NCBI GenBank assembly: GCA_041169645.1
Contig: JBEEIV010000003.1
Location: forward strand, 1-31,575
DNA from: Bacteroidota bacterium
GTDB lineage: Bacteria > Bacteroidota > Bacteroidia > Flavobacteriales_D > Crocinitomicaceae
DNA length: 31,575 nt
Reading direction: 5' to 3'
Under the pieces are notes generated by a model. That model saw nothing but the letters and a program-made list of their open reading frames with translations. It made no database searches and was not told the DNA's origin. Of the stretch, positions 1 to 7,899 are shown one piece after another (positions within the stretch are counted from its first letter, which is position 1; every line of letters starts with the position of its first letter). A program made the translations under genes and the position numbers.

Positions 1-2
1 CC

Positions 3-1193
3 CGTTGTACGGCGATTGTTCAAGGTATGATCGACTGTTACCAGTTAACTGGTCCATTCCCAGTAACATTTGATGTTTCTCCTGCGAATGCAGGAACCTT
101 AAAGGTAAATTCGATCACACCACCTTCCTATTCTTGGTCAACTTCCTATTTTGGTGGGATACAAACCAATGTGACAGCTTTGGCCAATCCAGGTTATATT
201 TTTGATCACTGGACATATACCACAGGTCCTATGGGACTCGGGAATTTACAGGATACAAATTTTATAAACATCAACGGACCTGAAACCATTGTTGCTGTTT
301 TTGTGCCAGATATTCCGGACTTAGATGGAGACGGGTGCTTGAATACCATTGAAATTGCAGCGGGTACAGATCCGAATGTGGTGGATACGGATGGTGATGG
401 TGAAAATGATTGTGCTGAACTTGGATCAAACCCAGCTGTTCCCTTGGATACGGATGGAGATGGGTTGATAGACGCTCTTGAATCAATCATCATAGATACG
501 GATGGAGATGGAGTGATGAATGAATTAGATCCAGACAATGCAAACCCATGTATACCAAACGCAAATGCTGGTCCATGTGATCAGGATGGAGATGGTTTAA
601 CCAATACGCAGGAAGGATTAGCCGGAACGAGTCCAACCAATCCGGATACTGATGGGGATGGTGCAAATGACGGAACAGAAGTTACCAATGGTTCGGATCC
701 TTTAAATCCATGTGATCCGGATGATACGTTACCAGGCTGTCAATTGGATACAGATTTCGACGGTTTAACCGATGCGCAAGAAGGTGTTCTTGGAACGAAT
801 CCTAACAACCCCGATACGGATGGTGATGGGTATAATGATGCCTTAGAAGTGACGCAAGGGTCGGACCCATTAAATCCATGTGATCCAAATACCAGTTCAC
901 CAGAATGTGCAGATGGAATTTATATTCCAACCGCATTCTCACCGAATGGAGTTGGAAATCAAGACAACGATGTATATCAAATTATCGTTGGAAAAAACAT
1001 TGAAGCCATTAGCTTTAAAGTATTTGATCGCTGGGGCAACATGATGTTTGAATCAAACAATAAATCATTTAAATGGGATGGCTCATATAAAGGAAAATTA
1101 TTGAATACGGGTGTTTATGCGTACATTGTAGACGTGACGTATGTAGGTGGAACAACAAAAAAATTATCCGGAAACATCACCTTAATTCGCTAA
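3..1193 (+). CDS. 5'-truncated T9SS type-B cargo: divergent InlB-B-like repeat, bacterial TSP3-like Ca-binding repeats and a gliding-motility (CHU_C) C-terminal domain; possibly the tail of a CotH-kinase-family protein
   Basis: The frame is open from position 3 (RCTAIVQG precedes M at 27), so the gene starts upstream of the window. [13 protein letters not shown]...TIVAVF resembles an InlB-B-like repeat. Many DxDGDG motifs follow. The C-terminus IPTAFSPNG...FDRWG...WDG...GNITLIR is a type-B CTD. The CotH link rests only on recalled similarity of the N-terminal segment. Confidence 0.85.
   Translation, partial: RCTAIVQGMIDCYQLTGPFPVTFDVSPANAGTLKVNSITPPSYSWSTSYFGGIQTNVTALANPGYIFDHWTYTTGPMGLGNLQDTNFININGPETIVAVFVPDIPDLDGDGCLNTIEIAAGTDPNVVDTDGDGENDCAELGSNPAVPLDTDGDGLIDALESIIIDTDGDGVMNELDPDNANPCIPNANAGPCDQDGDGLTNTQEGLAGTSPTNPDTDGDGANDGTEVTNGSDPLNPCDPDDTLPGCQLDTDFDGLTDAQEGVLGTNPNNPDTDGDGYNDALEVTQGSDPLNPCDPNTSSPECADGIYIPTAFSPNGVGNQDNDVYQIIVGKNIEAISFKVFDRWGNMMFESNNKSFKWDGSYKGKLLNTGVYAYIVDVTYVGGTTKKLSGNITLIR
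318..908 (+). repeat. Intragenic TSP3-like (DxDxDG) repeat array including a 168-nt (56-aa) tandem duplication
   Basis: Copy 1 starts at 579 ([28 protein letters not shown]...[10 protein letters not shown]). Copy 2 starts at 747 ([28 protein letters not shown]...[10 protein letters not shown]). Similarity is visible at both DNA and protein level. Confidence 0.9.
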
Positions 1194-1199
1194 TTCGCA

Positions 1200-2222
1200 A
1201 TGAAATTCCGTTCCTTATTTTTTGCTTTAATCGTTTTTCGGGCCTTTGCCCAGGATTATCATTTGACACAAATGGATAAAACGATGTCCATTTGGAATCC
1301 GTCGGCAACAGCTATGCATCAGGGATTTGAGAAAATCAGCTTGCAAAATAGAAACCAATGGCTCGGTGCCGGAACTCAATTCATGACGAGCTATGGAATG
1401 GGTGAATTTGCTGCCGGAAAATCCAAAAGAAATGATAAAGCCTATGCCGGAATAGGCGTTTTCTTTAGTAATGATGTTGGCGGAGATTCTAAAATGACAC
1501 AAAAATCTTTTGGCACGTCTTTTAGCGGACACCTTCCACTTGCCAAAGGACACTGGCTTTCAGCGGGAATACAAACTGCATTTTGTAACCGCAGTGCTGA
1601 TTTTTCACGTTTACTGTATTATTCTCAATGGAATGGTAGTTCATTGGACCCCAATGTGTATTCAGGAGAGGCAAATGATTTCACCTCTTTTTCTTACCTG
1701 GATGCAGGTCTTGGTATGAATTATCGATACATACCCGGTAATAAACCAAACCTAAGTTCCGGACAATTTGCTTTTTTAGGAGGTTTTTCGATTGCCCATG
1801 TGAACTCCCCGAGTTTGAACTACAATAGTTTAACTACGGATCGACTCTACCGTAAGTATTGCTTGCATACGCAATTGAAATATGCCTTTGATACTAGGTC
1901 AAGCATGGAATTAAGTGTTATGCAGTACTTTCAAGGTGCTCACAAAGAAACCATCTTAGGTTTATTTTACCGATCCAAAATACGTGGTGTATCTGAAATT
2001 ACTGATTTGGTTAATTCTCAATCAGTCCTCATGGGATGCTACTTTCGTTCCATGGGAACGATGGCTCCATATGTTTGTTTAACACTTGGTTCAATTGATG
2101 TTGGACTAAGTTATGACTTAGATTTCGGAAGTATTTCAAGCGCTTATCGCCATTCCATTGAAGTGAATTTTGCCTATACCTTCACTAAAAAATCACTATT
2201 TAATGGTAACCGTTTGCGCTAA
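1200..2222 (+). CDS. PorP/SprF family T9SS outer-membrane protein
   Basis: Signal peptide followed by QDYHLTQ...WNPSATA (PorP-like QDxxFSQ...NPA), GIGVFFSNDVGG and alternating beta-strand patterns. It lies 6 nt downstream of a type-B CTD gene, the canonical arrangement. Confidence 0.85.
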   Translation: MKFRSLFFALIVFRAFAQDYHLTQMDKTMSIWNPSATAMHQGFEKISLQNRNQWLGAGTQFMTSYGMGEFAAGKSKRNDKAYAGIGVFFSNDVGGDSKMTQKSFGTSFSGHLPLAKGHWLSAGIQTAFCNRSADFSRLLYYSQWNGSSLDPNVYSGEANDFTSFSYLDAGLGMNYRYIPGNKPNLSSGQFAFLGGFSIAHVNSPSLNYNSLTTDRLYRKYCLHTQLKYAFDTRSSMELSVMQYFQGAHKETILGLFYRSKIRGVSEITDLVNSQSVLMGCYFRSMGTMAPYVCLTLGSIDVGLSYDLDFGSISSAYRHSIEVNFAYTFTKKSLFNGNRLR

Positions 2223-3726
2223 GAAAGCTTAACCATTTTTTAGCTTGTTCAGGATTTAATACCCTTGGCATTTTATTCTGAGCGCCTAATTTACCTAGTG
2301 ATTCGAGGAATCCATAGAAAAGAGAAGTAGGAATGATCTGAAAACTTGGCGTACCCAAATTGTATTTTCGCACGTACGCATAATCGTCATTAATGAGGGA
2401 TAATTCCTGATCAATTTCATGTGCCAATTCAATGGGGTCGATTTCCAATTCGGAACCAATATACCAACGGTGATTTTGATTTGCTTCATCGGCAAATAAA
2501 GTATACTCAGAAATAGGAATTCCTTTTGATTTTGCGACCTTCATCAATCCTTGGTTAATATTATCCAAGGACAAATGTTCACCACATAAACTTAAAAATT
2601 GTTTGATGCGTCCAGATATGATGATTTCATGTGCTTCCAAATCAACGAAACGGACCAAATCACCGATTAAATAACGCCATAATCCTGCATTCGTAGTGAT
2701 GACCAAGGCATAATCAACACCTTCTTTTACCTCACTGATGGTATAGGCTTTATTCGGGTGAATTAACTCCCCATTTTCATCAAAATATTCTGAATTGAAA
2801 GGGACAAATTCAAAAAAGATTCCGTTGTTCATCAACAATTTCATTCCTTTTCGACTTGGACTCGTCTGATAGCCAAAATATCCTTCGCTTGCTAAGTACG
2901 TGTCCAATAATTCTACTTTGTGACGGCATAATTTTTCTAATCGTTCACGGTAAGGCTCCATGTAGATGCCCCCATGCACATACACGTGCAAATTGGGCCA
3001 AATGTCGTGAATGGAACTTAACTGATAGTGCTTCACGATTTCTTCCATCAGTAGGATGCACCAACTTGGAATTCCTGCAATGATCCCAATGTTCCATTTT
3101 GGAGCCTGTTCAATCATCAAAGGTAATTTCTCCTTCCAGTTTTTTAAATTGGTTATTTTTTTTGATGGTTTGGTAAATGGAGCAGCAATAATCGAGGTAT
3201 GCTTCTTCAAAATCCCACTTAAGTCACCTTCAATATGCGTACTCTTTTTTGTCAATTTTGTCGAGCCACCAACTGCCAAAATACTTGCTGAATAGAATTC
3301 CTCGGGAAGATTTAATTCATGTAGAATGGAGAATTGCCGGAGGCTGACACGTTGAAAAGAACGTATCATTTCTGTTGTTACAGGAATCCGCTTACTGGGC
3401 GAACCTGTGGTCCCCGATGATAGGGCGTAATACTTTATCCGCCCTTTCCAAGTATGGTCTTTGACACCATTAATCGATTCTTTTAACCACTTATCATAAA
3501 ACTGATCATAATCCAAAATGGGCACCATTTTTTGGTATTGCGACACGACATCAGACTTCGTAAGTATGGAATGAAAAGAGTAGACAAATCCAAATTTTGT
3601 ATTTTTTGCACGCTCAAGAGTTGCACGTAACGCTTCCAATTGATGCCGGTAATCAATCCCTTTTTTTGCGTTGCGCCGATAGCTGAGTGCAGTCGTTTTT
3701 TGGATGAGTTTCCCAATAATTGGCAT
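2200..3726 (-). CDS. GH3 (auxin-responsive GH3-like) acyl-adenylate/amido synthetase family protein
   Basis: GH3/ANL motifs ALSSGTTGSPSK, YLASEG and RYLIGD, plus C-terminal QNKMPRV; 508 aa. Confidence 0.88.
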   Translation of the reverse strand: MPIIGKLIQKTTALSYRRNAKKGIDYRHQLEALRATLERAKNTKFGFVYSFHSILTKSDVVSQYQKMVPILDYDQFYDKWLKESINGVKDHTWKGRIKYYALSSGTTGSPSKRIPVTTEMIRSFQRVSLRQFSILHELNLPEEFYSASILAVGGSTKLTKKSTHIEGDLSGILKKHTSIIAAPFTKPSKKITNLKNWKEKLPLMIEQAPKWNIGIIAGIPSWCILLMEEIVKHYQLSSIHDIWPNLHVYVHGGIYMEPYRERLEKLCRHKVELLDTYLASEGYFGYQTSPSRKGMKLLMNNGIFFEFVPFNSEYFDENGELIHPNKAYTISEVKEGVDYALVITTNAGLWRYLIGDLVRFVDLEAHEIIISGRIKQFLSLCGEHLSLDNINQGLMKVAKSKGIPISEYTLFADEANQNHRWYIGSELEIDPIELAHEIDQELSLINDDYAYVRKYNLGTPSFQIIPTSLFYGFLESLGKLGAQNKMPRVLNPEQAKKWLSFLSANGYH

Positions 3727-3764
3727 AATCTTTTATTTATCGCGAATAGTAAATCGCGTTCACA

Positions 3765-3772
3765 CAAAAATA
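3765..3772 (-). promoter_or_regulatory. Bacteroidota -7 promoter element (TATTTTTG) for the GH3 gene
   Basis: Exact TAnnTTTG match on the minus strand, 38 nt upstream of the ATG at 3726. Confidence 0.55.
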
Positions 3773-3808
3773 AAGATAAAACTAGTGCGTTCTTTAGTCA
3801 CTTTGTCT

Positions 3809-3816
3809 TAATTTTG
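3809..3816 (+). promoter_or_regulatory. -7 promoter element (TAATTTTG) for usp-fbp
   Basis: Exact TAnnTTTG match, 14 nt upstream of the ATG at 3831. Confidence 0.65.
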
Positions 3817-3830
3817 TAAAAAATACAACT

Positions 3831-4655
3831 ATGCAACAAAAAACTTTTATCGTACCTCATGATTTTACGACAGTTGCGGAAATCGCTCTACAACATGCTA
3901 TTGCAACAGCTAAACCACTTAATGCGGTTGTACAATTAATTCATGTCGTTTCAAAAGAAAGTCAAATTCAAGATGCCTTAGCACAATTAACTCAGGTGAT
4001 TGAAAATCATGCAGCTGATGGTGTTGCTCTTGTTCCAAATGTTCGCATAGGGAGTATTTTTGAAGACATTGGTGCTTTCGCTGCAGAACACCAAGCGGAA
4101 TTGATTTTTATGGGTACCCATGGAGCACATGGTTGGCAGCACATTACTGGAAGCCATGCGTTGAAAGTAGTTACAAGTTCCCAAGTTCCTTTCATCATTG
4201 TTCAAGAAAAATCAGTGAAAGCTACAGGATACGACTCCATTGTCGTTCCAATGGATTTGCACAAGGAAACAAAACAAAAATTATCCATTGTCGCTAATTT
4301 GGCGAAATACTTTAATTCTAAGGTTCACGTGGTAACGCCAGATGAAACAGATGAATACTTACGCCATCAAGTTATTTCAAACATCACTTTCTCAGAAAGT
4401 TTTTTCAAGGATCGAAACATTGAAATGACTTCTGCCATCGTTTCCCGCAGTGGTTTCGATAAAGAAGTAGTGAAGTATGCGGTTAGTGTAGATGCTGATT
4501 TGATCGCGATCATGAACCTGAATCGTTCTAATTTCCTTTCTGCCCTCACAACGAATTACGAACAGTACATCATTACCAATGATGCATTGATTCCTACCTT
4601 AATCGTCAACCCAATTCAAATAGGAAACGAGCATGGTAGCATGTTCTCTATCTAA
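3831..4655 (+). CDS. Tandem-domain universal stress protein (UspA family)
   Basis: N-terminal IVPHDFT, MGTHG...TGS...VPFIIV, and a second domain starting IVVPMD; 274 aa. Confidence 0.9.
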   Translation: MQQKTFIVPHDFTTVAEIALQHAIATAKPLNAVVQLIHVVSKESQIQDALAQLTQVIENHAADGVALVPNVRIGSIFEDIGAFAAEHQAELIFMGTHGAHGWQHITGSHALKVVTSSQVPFIIVQEKSVKATGYDSIVVPMDLHKETKQKLSIVANLAKYFNSKVHVVTPDETDEYLRHQVISNITFSESFFKDRNIEMTSAIVSRSGFDKEVVKYAVSVDADLIAIMNLNRSNFLSALTTNYEQYIITNDALIPTLIVNPIQIGNEHGSMFSI

Positions 4656-4661
4656 CATACG

Positions 4662-5660
4662 ATGTCAAGATTGATCACGCTGCACGAGTTTATCGTGACG
4701 AATCAAAGTCATTTTCCCTACGCAACAGGTGAACTTTCCAGATTACTCAATGACATCGTTCTTGCATCAAAGGTCGTTAGCAACGATGTAAGAAAAGCAG
4801 GATTGGTTGAACACATTCTTGGTGCACAAGGCGGACAAAACATTCAAGGAGAAGAACAACAAAAATTAGATGTTGTAGCAGATGAAGCGTTTATTCGTGC
4901 CTTTTCAAATGGTGGGGAAGTGTGCGGAATCGCATCCGAAGAAAACGATGATTTTTTAGCCTTCGAATCCGAACAAGCCCAACAAGGAAAGTACGTGGTG
5001 TTATTTGATCCACTGGATGGTTCGAGTAACATTGATGTAAATGTTTCCATCGGAACGATTTTTTCCATTTACCGACGTGTGTCTCCTCAAGGAACGTTAG
5101 CAACACTCGAAGACATGTTGCAACCAGGAACTGCTCAAGTAGCAGCGGGTTATGTATTGTATGGTTCATCCACGATCCTCGTTTATACAACAGGAAATGG
5201 GGTGAATGGATTTACGTTGGATCCAAGTATTGGGGAATTTTTCCTTTCTCATCCAAACATGAAAATGCCTGAAAATGGACGTATGTACGCGGTGAATGAA
5301 GGTAATTTAAATGATTTTGAACCCGGACTAAAATCCTATATTCAGTATTGTCAAAGCAACGAAAATCAAACAGGAAAACCATATTCAGGACGATACATTG
5401 GTTCGCTTGTAGCAGATTTTCACCGACACATGATTAAAGGTGGGATTTACATTTATCCTGCTGTTCCTTCTGCACCAGAGGGAAGGTTGCGCTTATTATA
5501 TGAATGCAATCCATTGGCTTTTATCGCGGAGCAAGCGGGTGGACTCGCAACCACAGGTCGTGAGCGCATTCTAGAAATTACACCAACGAAATTACACCAA
5601 CGCATTCCGTATTATGTCGGATCAAAATTGATGGTGGAAAAGGCAATGTCCTTCTCCTAA
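4662..5660 (+). CDS. fbp: Class 1 fructose-1,6-bisphosphatase
   Basis: [44 protein letters not shown] and LRLLYECNP motifs. Confidence 0.97.
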   Translation: MSRLITLHEFIVTNQSHFPYATGELSRLLNDIVLASKVVSNDVRKAGLVEHILGAQGGQNIQGEEQQKLDVVADEAFIRAFSNGGEVCGIASEENDDFLAFESEQAQQGKYVVLFDPLDGSSNIDVNVSIGTIFSIYRRVSPQGTLATLEDMLQPGTAQVAAGYVLYGSSTILVYTTGNGVNGFTLDPSIGEFFLSHPNMKMPENGRMYAVNEGNLNDFEPGLKSYIQYCQSNENQTGKPYSGRYIGSLVADFHRHMIKGGIYIYPAVPSAPEGRLRLLYECNPLAFIAEQAGGLATTGRERILEITPTKLHQRIPYYVGSKLMVEKAMSFS

Positions 5661-5674
5661 ATCAATAAGAAAGA

Positions 5675-6451
5675 TTAGGTTGGGTTTACTGCAACAGTAT
5701 AGCTAATCGTTCTAAGTGGCGCACCTGGATCTTTGTTTCCGTACATTTTTAATTTCACCAAGCGAATAACTTCATTGATTACCGCCTGACTTTTACACGT
5801 CGTTACGGATTTAATGTTTTTGCAATCGGTGATTTTACCTTCAGCATTGAGCGTTACGATTAATCCAACGCGAGAAGTCACATCGATTTGATCGGTATAA
5901 ACCTTGGCAAGACCGCCAATATTTCCATAGAGAGTAGGCGTTTTACCCGATCCAGGGCCATTTCCGGGTCCATTATCAGCTCCATTATTTGGCCCGCCAA
6001 AGGGACCATTTCCTGACCCACCATTTCCACCATTTCCACCACTACCAAAATAGTTTGTGCTATGGTGTGTAGATGAAGTTGGATTATTGGAGTTATTGGT
6101 GTTGTGGTTGTTGGATCGACCATTCGTGGAACTAAAATCACTGGAGTGACTTGTCGCAACACGTTCTGTTTGGTCTTGAGGTTGATCAATTGGTCCTTGA
6201 GATGACGTACCGCCACCTCGACTTCCACTTTCTTCAGGAATCAGGGCAACATCCATTTCAAACAATTCGATGACTTCGTCTGATTTCAAAGGTGGAACAT
6301 CTTCTGGGATGGCAGGAAGAATATTGAAATGAGTGAGGACCAATAGAATAAAAAGTAAAAGCAAGGAGATAGAAGTATAAATCAAGGAACGCTTTACTTC
6401 ACTTCGTGATTCCTGGTAATCTTTTTCAAATATGTCAATGTATCCACTCAT
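5675..6451 (-). CDS. TonB/TolA-like energy transducer with a Gly/Asn/Ser-rich linker
   Basis: One N-terminal TM helix, a low-complexity linker and a roughly 85-aa C-terminal alpha/beta domain (RVGLIVTLNAEGKI). It follows exbB-exbD on the same strand. Confidence 0.65.
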   Translation of the reverse strand: MSGYIDIFEKDYQESRSEVKRSLIYTSISLLLLFILLVLTHFNILPAIPEDVPPLKSDEVIELFEMDVALIPEESGSRGGGTSSQGPIDQPQDQTERVATSHSSDFSSTNGRSNNHNTNNSNNPTSSTHHSTNYFGSGGNGGNGGSGNGPFGGPNNGADNGPGNGPGSGKTPTLYGNIGGLAKVYTDQIDVTSRVGLIVTLNAEGKITDCKNIKSVTTCKSQAVINEVIRLVKLKMYGNKDPGAPLRTISYTVAVNPT

Positions 6452-6491
6452 TTTTTATTCTTTAACAAGATAACGTCAGTAATGACAAATC

Positions 6492-6905
6492 CTAACTATG
6501 TTCTTTGGTCGCGATGATCATTTTGAGTTGATTCACCATCCCAATCTCTAGCAAATCAACTAATTCCTGTACTTTCGAATCGAAAGGAATGCGCAAAATG
6601 ACCGTTGTATCGCCTTTTTTCTTGGTTTCCTCTACGAGAACTGGTCCAATTTGATCATAGGTAACTTCTTTGTTGTCAATGCTGTATTTTTTGGCATTGG
6701 TCACCGGATCAATTTGGACAGATAATGCAACATGAGCCTTGTTTGTTTTCTCATTATTCTTTGCCTGAGGAAGCGGAACTTTAATCACGTTCGGTTTCGC
6801 AAGGGTGGAAATAATTAAAAAGAACAACAACAAGAAGAACATGATGTCGCTCAATGCGGAAGTAGCTACCTCTGCATGGAACCTTCTATTACGCTTTATT
6901 GCCAT
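6492..6905 (-). CDS. exbD: Biopolymer transporter ExbD/TolR
   Basis: TM segment ALSDIMFFLLLFF with the conserved Asp, then VPLPQA and VILRIP; overlaps the exbB stop by 17 nt. Confidence 0.92.
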   Translation of the reverse strand: MAIKRNRRFHAEVATSALSDIMFFLLLFFLIISTLAKPNVIKVPLPQAKNNEKTNKAHVALSVQIDPVTNAKKYSIDNKEVTYDQIGPVLVEETKKKGDTTVILRIPFDSKVQELVDLLEIGMVNQLKMIIATKEHS

Positions 6906-7641
6906 CGCTTGGTCGATTCAATTTGATGAATTCTAAATTTACTCGTTGGATTGCTAACGCATAGTTATCAATCATCCCATTCAATAAGTGGTAGGCAGTG
7001 AAGGCGATAATACCTACTACCAATCCCGATCCAGAAGAGATCATTTTTTCATAAAGTCCTCCGGAGATGTTTCCGATCGAAACGTTTTCTGTGACAGAAA
7101 TGCTATAGAAAATTTTGATTACCCCAGAAATGGTTCCAATGAATCCGAGTGTCGGAGCAATACCAGCAATCAATCCCAAATGTCCAATATTCTTTTCCAT
7201 TTTACCGATTTCGATATTGGCTACTTTCTCCATGTTGGATTCGATTTGTGGGATAGGTCTCCCCATGGACTGAACTCCTTCTCTTACCACATTTCCAAAT
7301 GCCGTTTGATCTTGTGACAGGGTGTTCAAAGCACCTTGAATATTCGCATTCTCTAAATTGGACTTAATTTGAGTCAACATGTTTTTATTGTGTTTGGTCA
7401 TGCGCTTGATATACAAATAGCGCTCTACAGCCACATAAGAAGTATAAAACAAAAGAAGTGCAATTGGAATTAAAAACACACCACCCTTCATCAGGAACTC
7501 TAAAGCAGAAATTTCTTCTACGATTTTACCTGTTTCTTCTGCTGTTGTTGTAGCCACAGGTGCAACTTGGTCCTGAGCATACATAAATCCAGTTGAGATC
7601 AATGAAGTGACCACAAATAGGTATTTCAATTGTTTTTTCAT
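6889..7641 (-). CDS. exbB: MotA/TolQ/ExbB proton channel protein
   Basis: IAGIAPTLGFIGTISG and GLVVGIIAF motifs. Start moved to the ATG at 7641 (MKKQLKYLFVV, signal-like); the 38-codon upstream extension in the ORF track looks non-coding. Confidence 0.92.
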   Translation of the reverse strand: MKKQLKYLFVVTSLISTGFMYAQDQVAPVATTTAEETGKIVEEISALEFLMKGGVFLIPIALLLFYTSYVAVERYLYIKRMTKHNKNMLTQIKSNLENANIQGALNTLSQDQTAFGNVVREGVQSMGRPIPQIESNMEKVANIEIGKMEKNIGHLGLIAGIAPTLGFIGTISGVIKIFYSISVTENVSIGNISGGLYEKMISSGSGLVVGIIAFTAYHLLNGMIDNYALAIQRVNLEFIKLNRPSDGNKA

Positions 7642-7883
7642 ATTGTTTATTAGTTTTCGTCGGATAAAAGTATAAAATGAACGCTGCTTAAATCGTGTCA
7701 AGCTTATTAGATATTCACACCTAATTGTTATTTCACCTCTCACGTACAAGAACAACGATCATCAGTTCATTTTGGTACATTTCACCGATTGCTTTTTTTT
7801 AAAAATCAAATAGGTTGACCTGTCTTGTTATTTTACATAAAATATCTCTGTATTTTCTTCGTTCCGAATCAAATAAGATTGAT

Positions 7884-7891
7884 TAATTTCG
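7884..7891 (+). promoter_or_regulatory. -7 element variant (TAATTTCG) for mfd
   Basis: One mismatch to TAnnTTTG, 8 nt upstream of the ATG at 7900. Confidence 0.45.
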
Positions 7892-7899
7892 CGCTATTC

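Noticed and set aside
318-908. CRISPR-like or non-coding repeat array
   Set aside because: The repeats are degenerate at third codon positions and in frame, so they are protein repeats.
3741-3758. CGCGA-N8-TCGCG hairpin in the GH3 leader
   Set aside because: A 5-bp stem with no U-tract or recognisable riboswitch features.
5014-5030. GGTTCGAGT resembling a tRNA T-loop
   Set aside because: It is the DGSS codons of the fbp active-site motif, and there is no cloverleaf.
7642-7899. N-terminal extensions of exbB and mfd; likewise at 18362, 18443, 25608, 25614, 28965 and 31504
   Set aside because: The extensions run through AT-rich promoter regions, most overlap -7 elements, and family homology or signal peptides begin at downstream ATGs.
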